64,000 nt of DNA from Actinomadura sp. Its GTDB lineage: Bacteria > Actinomycetota > Actinomycetes > Streptosporangiales > Streptosporangiaceae. Every line of letters begins with the position of its first letter. Position 1 is the first letter of the stretch. This document shows, in pieces, positions 48,067-56,318 of the stretch. The stretch is taken from the NCBI GenBank assembly GCA_036008685.1, contig DASYNF010000108.1, positions 12,589-76,588 on the forward strand, given 5' to 3'. The notes under the pieces are model-generated. The model saw nothing but the letters and a program-made list of their open reading frames with translations, was not told where the DNA came from and made no database searches. The position numbers and the translations under genes are program-made.

Positions 48067-49086
48067 ATGCGGGCTTGGGTGGTCGCGAGGCCGGGGCCTG
48101 TCCGAACCGGGCCGCTGCGGATCGTCCGGCGGGAGGTGCCGGAGCCGGGACCCGGTGAGCTGCTCGTACGCGTGCGGGCCTGCGGCGTCTGCCGCACCGA
48201 CCTGCACATCGCCGAGGGAGACCTGCCGCCGCACCTGCCCGGCGTCACCCCCGGCCATGAGATCGCCGGTGAGGTGGCCGGCGTCGGCCCGGGAGCGCGA
48301 CGGTTCAAGGCCGGTGACCGGGTCGGGGTGGCGTGGCTGCGGAGCACCTGCGGCACCTGCTCGTACTGCCGGCGAGGTACGGAGAACCTGTGTCCGTCGT
48401 CGGCCTACACCGGCTGGGACGCGCACGGAGGCTATGCCGAATACACCGTGGCGCCGGAGGCCTATGTCTACGCGCTGCCGTCCGCCTGGGACGACATCGA
48501 GATCGCGCCCCTGCTCTGCGCCGGGATCATCGGCTATCGCTCGTTGCGCCGGGCGGCGTTGCCGCCGGGAGGCCGGCTGGGCATCTGGGGGTTCGGTGGC
48601 TCCGCGCACCTGACGGTGCAGGTCGCGGTGGCCGAAGGGGCCACCGTGCACGTCTTCACCAGATCATCCGAGGCCCGGACGCTGGCGCTGTCGCTCGGCG
48701 CCGCGTCGGCCGGAGACTCCCGCGATCCCGCACCCGAGCCGCTGGACTCGGCGATCCTGTTCGCGCCGGTGGGCGAGCTGGTCCCGACGGCGCTGGAACG
48801 ACTGGACCGGGGAGGCACGCTCGCCATCGCCGGCATTCACCTGACCGACGTGCCGGCCCTCGACTACCAGCGGCACCTGTTCCAGGAGCGTCAGATCCGT
48901 TCGGTGACCGCCAATACCCGGGGGGACGGCGAGGAGTTCCTGCGCCTCGCCCAGCGGCTCGCAGATCCGGCCCGGCGTCCTCGGCTGAAGGTCGCGACGA
49001 CACCGTACGAGCTCGCCGACGCCGGCCGTGCCCTCGCGGATCTGGCCGCCGGCAAGGTCAACGGGGCGGCGGTCCTGGTCGTCTAG
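48067..49086 (+). CDS. Zinc-dependent alcohol dehydrogenase (MDR family)
   Basis: The catalytic zinc region is [13 protein letters not shown]...GHEIAGEV. The structural zinc motif is [15 protein letters not shown]. The nucleotide loop is [10 protein letters not shown]. Confidence 0.85.
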   Translation: MRAWVVARPGPVRTGPLRIVRREVPEPGPGELLVRVRACGVCRTDLHIAEGDLPPHLPGVTPGHEIAGEVAGVGPGARRFKAGDRVGVAWLRSTCGTCSYCRRGTENLCPSSAYTGWDAHGGYAEYTVAPEAYVYALPSAWDDIEIAPLLCAGIIGYRSLRRAALPPGGRLGIWGFGGSAHLTVQVAVAEGATVHVFTRSSEARTLALSLGAASAGDSRDPAPEPLDSAILFAPVGELVPTALERLDRGGTLAIAGIHLTDVPALDYQRHLFQERQIRSVTANTRGDGEEFLRLAQRLADPARRPRLKVATTPYELADAGRALADLAAGKVNGAAVLVV

Positions 49087-49912
49087 AGCCTGCCGGCGGT
49101 GTCCGAGCGGGTCCGGCGGGCGGGGGGGCCTCTGGTGCTCTGAGCCTGCCGGCCAGGCCGGTACGCGCGGCGGCACCCTGCCGGTCCGCGGATCCGGGTG
49201 GCGCCGGGACGGCGGCGATATGGGCCAGCGTCCGGGTGAACCAGAGCTCTCCGCCGATCATCCTCGGCCGCGCGCCCGTCCGAGGTCCGCCGTCGACCTC
49301 GGCGGTCAGCGCCTGCCGCAACTGGACGGTGGCCCGGGCGTCGTTCGCGCCGGCGAGCCACGGCTCCGCAGGCGACTCCACCGTGAAGACCTCGAGCCGG
49401 CGGACCTCTGCGCCGGCATCGGCGAGCAGTTCCGTGAGGCCGTCGAGGGTGGGGATGGCAGGGTGCCCCGGATCGCGCAGCCGCTCCAGCCGGTCCCGGT
49501 CGACGGCCGTGCAGGCTCTCCTGATCAGGTCAGCGATGATCAGCTCTCCGCCGGGTCGGCATACGCGGAGCATCTCGCGGAGCGACCGCACGGGGTCCGG
49601 CAGGCGCAAGAGCGAGAACCGGACCATGATCAGGCTGAAGGCGCCGTCGCGGTAGGGCAGAGCGCGGGAGTCCGCCCGTACGGCGGGCGCCGACAGGTCG
49701 TCCCGTGGCGCCGGCCGCGGGGCGACGTCGGCGACGGTCACCGATCCGGCGCGTGAGCTCATCGCCTCGGCCGCCGGCTCCCCGCCGTAGGCGAGGTCGA
49801 GGCAGACGTCCTCAGAGGTCGGCTCGGCGAAGTCGAGCAATCGCCCGAGGCGGTTGTCCAGGGCACCGTCCGGTGTCGCGCTCACCGCACCGGTCCTGCT
49901 CCTTTGCGGCAC
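49058..49912 (-). CDS. Class I methyltransferase-fold protein with a degenerate SAM motif I
   Basis: A Methyltransf_11-like core is present: [50 protein letters not shown]. Motif I reads CLDLAYGGE instead of DLGxGxG. The start is GTG. The Pro/Arg-rich tail overlaps the ADH 3' end and may be read-through. Confidence 0.65.
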   Translation of the reverse strand: MPQRSRTGAVSATPDGALDNRLGRLLDFAEPTSEDVCLDLAYGGEPAAEAMSSRAGSVTVADVAPRPAPRDDLSAPAVRADSRALPYRDGAFSLIMVRFSLLRLPDPVRSLREMLRVCRPGGELIIADLIRRACTAVDRDRLERLRDPGHPAIPTLDGLTELLADAGAEVRRLEVFTVESPAEPWLAGANDARATVQLRQALTAEVDGGPRTGARPRMIGGELWFTRTLAHIAAVPAPPGSADRQGAAARTGLAGRLRAPEAPPPAGPARTPPAGSRRPGPPPR

Positions 49913-49927
49913 GTCCCGTTCCCCTCG

Positions 49928-49994
49928 TCAGTGGCCCGCTTGTCGATGGCCCGCTGCCAATGACGCGCTTGTCAATGACGCGCTTGTCAATGAC
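49928..49994. repeat. 4.5 tandem copies of a 15-bp unit (consensus TCAATGACGCGCTTG), creating phased GTCAaTGAC palindromes
   Basis: The units are tcagtggcccgcttg, tcgatggcccgctg, ccaatgacgcgcttg, tcaatgacgcgcttg and tcaatgac. The array lies 16 nt upstream of the methyltransferase-fold gene start. Confidence 0.7.
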
Positions 49995-50054
49995 ACAGAG
50001 CCCTCGTGGATCTATGACACCGAGGATGACGCGGAAGTTCGGGGGAGCGGGATT

Positions 50055-50213
50055 TCAGCCGAGGGTCTGGCCGTACAGGGCCAGGACCACGAGCACGAAG
50101 ACGATGACCACCGCCATCCGGGTCGGCACGGGCATCCGGGTGCGCTGACTCATCCATCGGATGCCGAACGCGCACAGCAACGCCAGCACCATGAGCGTGA
50201 TGACCCCCGTCAT
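50055..50213 (-). CDS. Small 2-TM membrane protein (52 aa, below the ORF-track cutoff)
   Basis: I translated it by hand as MTGVITLMVLALLCAFGIRWMSQRTRMPVPTRMAVVIVFVLVVLALYGQTLG. All but two codons end in G or C, which is a strong coding signature in this genome. The SD is weak. Confidence 0.45.
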   Translation of the reverse strand: MTGVITLMVLALLCAFGIRWMSQRTRMPVPTRMAVVIVFVLVVLALYGQTLG

Positions 50214-50762
50214 GGAGATCCCACGCCTGACGGCTCATCCGGTCTGCCCACGGTGGCGCCGCCTCCTTCGCACTCGTCTGCCCGCCACCTTATGCCGCTC
50301 GGAGTCCGAACACCGGTGTCGCGTCGATCCCGTTCTGTCCGGCCGCGGGCGAGGCCGGCCGGCCCGACCCCGGACGGCGGGACAAGTGGGCAGGCCCGCC
50401 GTTGGGGTACGTCACCGGGGGAGGGGGGGACGGTCGTACGGACGGACGAGCAGACCCAGATCATCGATGCCGGTCAGGTGGTCGCGGAGCGGTCGTACCG
50501 CAGCATGCGGATACGATGGCGCGGCCTCTCCGGGGATGGTCTCCAGAGGACTCTCCCGAGCTCCTCGTCCGGCTGTCGCGGGAGTCGCGCCGGGACGGCG
50601 CCGACCTTCCGAGTCCGTGCGCGGACACGGCCTCGGGCTGTCGCGAGGTGAGGCTTCGAGATGAGGCTCACACGGTGTTGCGGCGGGCTCGGGGTAACCT
50701 CATACTCAACCGAATCCCGCTCGGTTTCCGGGATCGAATCCCTATCCTGACTTGGAGGCGTT

Positions 50763-51896
50763 GTGGCCGAGGCGTACATCGTCGGCGCGGTCCGTACCCC
50801 CGTGGGCACCAAGAAGGGTGCTCTCAAGGATGTTCACTCCGCCGACCTCGGCGCTCACGTGCTCAAGGAGCTCGTGAACCGCACCGGGGTGGATCCGGCG
50901 GCCGTCGAAGACGTGATCATGGGCTGCGTCATGCAGGTGGGCGCGCAGACCCTCGACATCGCTCGTACCGCCTGGCTCTCCGCGGGCCTGCCGGAGAACG
51001 TTCCCGGTGTCACCATCGACCGTCAGTGCGGGTCGTCCCAGCAGTCGATCCACTTCGCGGCCCAGGCCGTGCTGTCGGGCACGCAGGACCTCGTGGTCGC
51101 CGCGGGCGTCGAGAACATGGCCATGGTCCCGATGGGCGCCTCGGTCGCGCCCAACACGGGCCTGCCGTGGGGTGAGGGCTGGGCCGAGCGCTACGGCTCG
51201 CAGGAGATCTCGCAGTTCCGCGGTGCACAGCTGATGGCGGAGAAGTGGGGCTTCAAGCGCGGTGACCTGGAGGCCTTCGCGCTGGAGAGCCACAGGCGCG
51301 CGGTCAAGGCCATCGAGGCGGGTTACTTCGACCGTGAGATCGCGCCCCTGGCCGGCCTGGCCAAGGACGAGGGCGCCCGCGCCGACACCTCCCTGGAGAA
51401 GATGGCCGGGATGAAGGTGCTCCGTGACGGCTGGGACATCACGGCCGCCGTCGCGTCGCAGATCTCGGTCGGCGCGTCCGCGCTGCTCATCGCCTCGGAG
51501 GAGGCCGTCAAGCAGCACAACCTCACTCCCCGGGCCCGCATCCACACCCTCGCGGTCTGCGGTTCGGACCCGGTGTACATGCTCACCGGCCCGATCCCGG
51601 CGACCGAGAAGGCGCTCAAGCGGTCCGGGCTCTCCATCGACGACATCGACGTCTTCGAGGTCAACGAGGCGTTCGCCCCGGTTCCCATGGCATGGGCCAA
51701 GGACACCGGCGCCTCGCTGGAGAAGACCAACCCCAACGGTGGTGCCATCGCTCTCGGCCACCCGCTCGGAGCGACCGGCGGCATCCTCATGACCAAGCTG
51801 GTGCACGAGCTCGAGCGCACCGGTGGCCGCTACGGCCTGCAGACGATGTGCGAGGGCGGCGGCCAGGCCAACGCCACCATCATCGAGCGCGTCTGA
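50763..51896 (+). CDS. Acetyl-CoA C-acyltransferase (thiolase)
   Basis: The active-site region is VTIDRQCGSSQQ. Further motifs are NEAFA, NPNGGAIALGHPLGATG and CEGGGQANA. The start is GTG. Confidence 0.9.
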   Translation: MAEAYIVGAVRTPVGTKKGALKDVHSADLGAHVLKELVNRTGVDPAAVEDVIMGCVMQVGAQTLDIARTAWLSAGLPENVPGVTIDRQCGSSQQSIHFAAQAVLSGTQDLVVAAGVENMAMVPMGASVAPNTGLPWGEGWAERYGSQEISQFRGAQLMAEKWGFKRGDLEAFALESHRRAVKAIEAGYFDREIAPLAGLAKDEGARADTSLEKMAGMKVLRDGWDITAAVASQISVGASALLIASEEAVKQHNLTPRARIHTLAVCGSDPVYMLTGPIPATEKALKRSGLSIDDIDVFEVNEAFAPVPMAWAKDTGASLEKTNPNGGAIALGHPLGATGGILMTKLVHELERTGGRYGLQTMCEGGGQANATIIERV

Positions 51897-51909
51897 GCCG
51901 AGATCTCTT

Positions 51910-51963
51910 CATGATCCTTGGGTTCGGTGGCCCCCCGGGGGGCCACCGAACCCAAGGATCATG
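51910..51963. terminator. 54-bp perfect palindrome (27+27, no loop) between convergent transcription units
   Basis: The palindrome is CATGATCCTTGGGTTCGGTGGCCCCCC|GGGGGGCCACCGAACCCAAGGATCATG. It starts 14 nt after the thiolase stop. Confidence 0.7.
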
Positions 51964-51983
51964 CTGGGCCCCGGCCCGCGTGG

Positions 51984-52163
51984 CTACGCGTGGGAGGGGA
52001 GGAACGCGGTCAGTTCCTCGATGATCTCGGCGGGGCGTTCCTCGGCGAGGAAGTGGCCGCAGTCCTCGATGACCGTCCCGCTCACGTCCTCGGCGTAGTC
52101 CCGCCAGACGGCGACCGGATCAAGGGCCCGCAGGAAGCTGTGCTCCCCCCAGGCGCGCCGACA
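51984..52163 (-). pseudogene. 3'-terminal remnant of an alpha/beta-fold hydrolase gene
   Basis: The minus frame reads WGEHSFLRALDPVAVWRDYAEDVSGTVIEDCGHFLAEERPAEIIEELTAFLPSHA-stop, the typical C-terminus with the catalytic-His context GHF. An in-frame stop lies at 52164..52166, and no upstream hydrolase sequence is present. Confidence 0.5.
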
Positions 52164-52209
52164 CTACGCCCGCCGCCACGGCTGACGGGCCGCATCCGAA
52201 CCATCGACC

Positions 52210-52281
52210 GCGAACATGTGCAAGATCACGCCTGGACGGGCGTCATGGCGCCACGGGCGCGAACGACCGCGAGATCACGGC
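52210..52281 (+). repeat. Two direct copies of repeat half-site H (GCGAAC-N3-yGCrAGATCACGsC)
   Basis: gcgaacatgtgcaagatcacgcc is at 52210..52232 and gcgaacgaccgcgagatcacggc is at 52259..52281. Confidence 0.65.
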
Positions 52282-52289
52282 GGAGGAGG

Positions 52290-53246
52290 TCAGCGGCCGG
52301 TGAACCGGGGAGGGCGCTTCTCCAGGAAGGCCGTGATGCCCTCCTTGGCGTCCTCGGTCTCGCCGAGGACCACCAGGCGTTCCAGCAGGTGAGCGATCTG
52401 GTCGGGCAAAGGCAGGCCTTCGATGGCGAAGAAGGCGTCACGGCCGTGGCGTAGCCCGATCGGGCTCTTGGCCGCGATGGTGCGGGCGAGGTCGTCCACG
52501 CGCTCGTCCAGGGTGCCACGGGGGACCGCCTCGGTGATCAGGCCCATCCGGACGCCCTCGGAGGCGCTGATCGTCTGACCCGTGTAGTAGAGCTTGAACG
52601 CCTGCTTGGGCGCGATGTTCCGGTTGATGACGGCCATGATCATCATGGGCCACAGCCCGACGTTGACCTCGGGGGTGCCCAGCTTGACGTCGTCGGCGGC
52701 GATCACGATGTCGCAGGAGACGGCGAGGCCGAGCCCTCCGGCCATGGCGTGCCCCGCCAGCCTGCCGATGATCGGTTTGCCCAGCCGGGGAAAAGCCGTG
52801 AAGAGCCGGTAGGGCGCGCTGTCGCGGAAGGAATCGCCTGTGGCGGCAGCGCCCACCGGAGTGTGGCCGCCCCCCGAGACGCGGCGGTCATGTGAGCCAC
52901 GGCCTTCGCCGTTCATGGCCGATCCGGTCACGGGCGGGCCGGCGTGCCGGAACATGTCCGCTCCGGTGGCCGAGGGACCGGGGTGCCGGGATGCGTTCAC
53001 TCCGGCCACGTCGCGGCCCGCGCGCCGCGACGCGTCGGCGCCGGCGAGGTCCGCGCCGGCGCAGAAGGCCTTGTCGCCGGCCCCCGTGAGCACGATGACG
53101 CGCACCTCGTCGTCGGCCTTGGCCCGCGCGAACGCGTCCAGGAGCTCCTCGACCATCACGTCGTTCAGCGCGTTGCGGGCTCCGGGCCTGTTCAGCGTGA
53201 TCCGCGCGATGTGCTCACGGGCCTGGTAGTCGATCGCCTCGTACAT
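52290..53246 (-). CDS. Enoyl-CoA hydratase/isomerase (crotonase) with a long low-complexity insertion
   Basis: The crotonase core is ITLNRPGARNALN...VIVLTGAGDKAFCAGADL ... GKPIIGRLAGHAMAGGLGLAVSCDIVIAADDVKLGTPEVNVGL...EGITAFLEKRPPRF. About 50-60 extra residues sit between GADL and KPII. Confidence 0.85.
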   Translation of the reverse strand: MYEAIDYQAREHIARITLNRPGARNALNDVMVEELLDAFARAKADDEVRVIVLTGAGDKAFCAGADLAGADASRRAGRDVAGVNASRHPGPSATGADMFRHAGPPVTGSAMNGEGRGSHDRRVSGGGHTPVGAAATGDSFRDSAPYRLFTAFPRLGKPIIGRLAGHAMAGGLGLAVSCDIVIAADDVKLGTPEVNVGLWPMMIMAVINRNIAPKQAFKLYYTGQTISASEGVRMGLITEAVPRGTLDERVDDLARTIAAKSPIGLRHGRDAFFAIEGLPLPDQIAHLLERLVVLGETEDAKEGITAFLEKRPPRFTGR

Positions 53247-53255
53247 GTTCGCCTT

Positions 53256-55178
53256 TCACCCGATGGTCCGATGCACGTTCTCCCGCTCGGTCGCACCTGT
53301 CTCGGCCTCCGCGATCCAGGGGCCGGGAATGGACGGGTCGAGCACGCCTTCCTCCGCCCACGCATACTGGCCGTCGAGGATCCGCTTGGCCAACCGGCTG
53401 TCCAGCGCGTCGGTGTTGTGCCACAGGTGGCCGAACAGGTCGTCGGTCCGCAGCCGGGACTGCGCGCAGAACGCGTCCGCCAGCTCGTAGGCCGACGTGG
53501 CCAGTGCCGGGTCCTCCGCCGCGTCCCGCTCGGCCCGTACGCAGACCACGCTCATCGCGAACAGTTCCGCGCCGATGTCCACCATGCGGCCGAGGAAGCC
53601 CTGCCGGTACTGCAGCCCTCCCTGCCAGCGGCCCGCCGCATAGAAGATCGACCGGGCCAGTCTGCGGGAGGAGCGCTCGACATAGCGGAGGTGCCCGGCC
53701 AGCGGCCCGAACTCCGCGTATCCCCGGGGGCTCTGCCCGGGGCCGAGGACGAGCGTGGGGAGCCACTTGGCATAGAAGCCGCCTGCCCTGGCCGCGGCCC
53801 GGGCCTTCCGCCCCCTGGAGGCCTCGGGATCGATGATGTCGCCGGCCACCGAGAGGTGGGTGTCGACGGCCTCACGCGCGATGAGCAGGCGCATGATCTC
53901 CGAAGACCCCTCGAAGATCCGGTTGATCCGCAGGTCGCGGAGCACCTGCTCGACCGGCACCCCTCTCTCGCCTCGCGCGGCGAGCGACTCCGCCGTCTCG
54001 TAGCCCCGGCCGCCGCGGATCTGCACCAGCTCGTCGGCGATCTTGAAGGCCATCTCGGAGGCGTACAGCTTCGCCAGCGCGGCCTCGATCCTGATGTCAT
54101 TGCGCTCGTCGTCGGCCAGCTGGCTGGACAACTCGACCATCGCATCGAGAGCGTAGGTCGTCGCCGCGATGAAGGCGAGCTTCTTGGAGATCGCCTCGTG
54201 CCGGCCGATCGGGCGTCCCCACTGGATCCGGACCTTGGACCACTCACGGGCGATCTTGGTCGACCACTTGCCGGCCGCGGCGCAGAACGCCGGCAGCGCC
54301 AGCCGCCCGGTGTTGAGCGTGGTCAAGGCGATCTTGAGCCCCGCCCCCTCCCTGCCGATGAGGTTCGCCGCCGGCACTCGTACGTCATGGAAGCGGGTGA
54401 CGCCGTTCTCTATCCCCCGCAGCCCCATGAAGGCGTTGCGGTTCTCCACGGTGATGCCGGGCGCGGCCGCCTCGACCACGAATGCCGAGATCCCTCCCCG
54501 ATGGCCCTCCGAACTCGGGACCCGGGCCATGACGACGAGCAGATCGGCGATGACGCCGTTGGTCGTCCAGAGCTTCACCCCGTTGAGCACGTACTCCCGG
54601 CCGTCCGCCGAGGGGACCGCGGTGGTGCGCAGCCGCGCCGGGTCGGAGCCGACGTCGGGCTCTGTGAGCAGGAACGCGCTGATCTCCTCCACGCACCGGG
54701 GCAGGAACGCCTGTTTCTGCTCCGGGGTGCCGAAGAGCGCGATGGGCTGGGGGACGCCGATCGACTGGTGCGCGGACAGCAGCGCGCCCAGGGCCGAGTT
54801 GGTCGACCCCGCGATCATGAGCGCTCGGTTGTAGTAGAGGTGGGTGAGCCCGAGGCCGCCGTACTCCTCGGGGATCTTCATCCCCAGGGCCCCGATCTCC
54901 TTCAAGCCTTTGATCACCTTGTCCGGGATCCGCGCGTCGCGCTCTATCGCGACGGGGTCCACCTTGGTGGCGCAGAACTCGCGCAGCCGCGTGAGGAACC
55001 GTTCGCCCTTGTCCTGTGCCGCCGCGGACGGGCATGGATGCGGATGGATCAGGTCGAGCCGGAAGTTCCCGAGGAAGAGTTGTCTCCCGAAACTGGGCAG
55101 GCGCCACTCGGCCTCCCGGGCCTCCTCGGCCACTTTGCGCGCGGTGCGTTCGTCTACGGTCCCGCTGTGCTGGTTCAT
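53256..55178 (-). CDS. Large acyl-CoA dehydrogenase (FadE10-like)
   Basis: The 640-aa product contains IPEEYGGLGL, FLLTEPDVGSDPA and LNGVKLWTTNG, then a C-terminal extension of about 250 aa, as in the long ACADs. Confidence 0.9.
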   Translation of the reverse strand: MNQHSGTVDERTARKVAEEAREAEWRLPSFGRQLFLGNFRLDLIHPHPCPSAAAQDKGERFLTRLREFCATKVDPVAIERDARIPDKVIKGLKEIGALGMKIPEEYGGLGLTHLYYNRALMIAGSTNSALGALLSAHQSIGVPQPIALFGTPEQKQAFLPRCVEEISAFLLTEPDVGSDPARLRTTAVPSADGREYVLNGVKLWTTNGVIADLLVVMARVPSSEGHRGGISAFVVEAAAPGITVENRNAFMGLRGIENGVTRFHDVRVPAANLIGREGAGLKIALTTLNTGRLALPAFCAAAGKWSTKIAREWSKVRIQWGRPIGRHEAISKKLAFIAATTYALDAMVELSSQLADDERNDIRIEAALAKLYASEMAFKIADELVQIRGGRGYETAESLAARGERGVPVEQVLRDLRINRIFEGSSEIMRLLIAREAVDTHLSVAGDIIDPEASRGRKARAAARAGGFYAKWLPTLVLGPGQSPRGYAEFGPLAGHLRYVERSSRRLARSIFYAAGRWQGGLQYRQGFLGRMVDIGAELFAMSVVCVRAERDAAEDPALATSAYELADAFCAQSRLRTDDLFGHLWHNTDALDSRLAKRILDGQYAWAEEGVLDPSIPGPWIAEAETGATERENVHRTIG

Positions 55179-55356
55179 GCCGACCTCCTCGGGCCGGAAC
55201 TCACGTGCAGGGATAAGTTACTCAGGAGTTATACCCGCGAGTAGGCGAGTGAATTCGGTTTTTCCGCCAGGCTTTGGGCCACCGGGACGGACGAGTAACG
55301 GACGAGTATTCGCAAAGGGCTTGACCTCGACGGGGGAGCGGGATTCGCTGTCCGTG

Positions 55357-56115
55357 ATGGACAAGGCCCGCAGACCCACGCTGATCGCCTCGGTGCAGCG
55401 GGCGCTGCACCTCATGGAGGTGGTGGCCTCGCATTCCGGCGGAGCGCCGGCGAAGCAGCTCGCCCGCGAGGCGAGACTGCCGCTCGCGACCACCTACCAC
55501 CTGCTCCGCACCTTGGCCCACGAGGGCTACGCGAGCCGGTTGTCGGACGGCCTCTGGGTGCTCGGCGACCGTCTGGAGGCGCTGCACGGCCAGAGCCGCT
55601 CGCAGGCGCTGCGGGCCCGGATCCGGCCGACCTTGGTGGCTTTGCGCGACGAGCTCGGCGTCGCCTCCTACTTCGGTCTTCACGAGGACGGCGAGATCCG
55701 CGTCATGGACATCGCCGACGGTCCGCGCGCGCCCAGAGTGGACCTGTGGGTCGGGTTCGACGAGGCCGCGCACGCGACCGCCATCGGCAAATGCGTGCTG
55801 GCCCAGCTCGACGAGCAGACGCGGCGGGACTACCTCGCACGGCATCCGCTCGTCGATCTGACGCCCCACACCATCACCGATCCGCGGGAACTGGCGAGGC
55901 GGCTGCGACTCTCGGGAGACCTGATCCTGGACCGGGAGGAATACGCCCTCGGCACGAGCTGCGCGGCGGTTCCGGTGACCGACGCCGGCAACACGGTGGT
56001 GGGCACACTGGCCGTGTCCTGCCGCGCGACCAGGCTCTCGAAGATCGAGGCCTCGTTGCCCAGCATGCGGGCGACCGCCGCGCGGCTGCAGAGGGCCCTT
56101 TCTCTCACGATATGA
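55357..56115 (+). CDS. IclR family transcriptional regulator
   Basis: The N-terminal HTH region is MDKARRPTLIASVQRALHLMEVVASHSGGAPAKQLAREARLPLATTYHLLRTLAHEGY. The effector domain contains DREEYALGTSCAAVPV. It is divergent from the ACAD gene. Confidence 0.85.
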   Translation: MDKARRPTLIASVQRALHLMEVVASHSGGAPAKQLAREARLPLATTYHLLRTLAHEGYASRLSDGLWVLGDRLEALHGQSRSQALRARIRPTLVALRDELGVASYFGLHEDGEIRVMDIADGPRAPRVDLWVGFDEAAHATAIGKCVLAQLDEQTRRDYLARHPLVDLTPHTITDPRELARRLRLSGDLILDREEYALGTSCAAVPVTDAGNTVVGTLAVSCRATRLSKIEASLPSMRATAARLQRALSLTI

Positions 56116-56318
56116 AACTCCTACCGTTCGGTGAGGGACTCCGTCCATCGCGCTCGCACGCTTGTGACCCCCCATGGCCTCGGGTCAGGACGAGGATCAC
56201 GTGATCTGACGTTCCCCGGTGGGGTCCGGCTCCCGATAGTCTTGCGCGATGCCCGGCCGCGTCGGCAGATCCGGCATATCCTCGGGCGTCCGAAGAGCGC
56301 ACTCAGCGAGCGGAACCT

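Noticed and set aside
50725-50750. T-arm-like GGGATCGAATCCC upstream of the thiolase gene
   Set aside because: The loop is only 3 nt and no surrounding tRNA arms are present. It is just a short palindrome.
52944-55244. 766-aa plus-strand ORF
   Set aside because: It is antisense to the crotonase and acyl-CoA dehydrogenase genes, both clearly recognisable on the minus strand.
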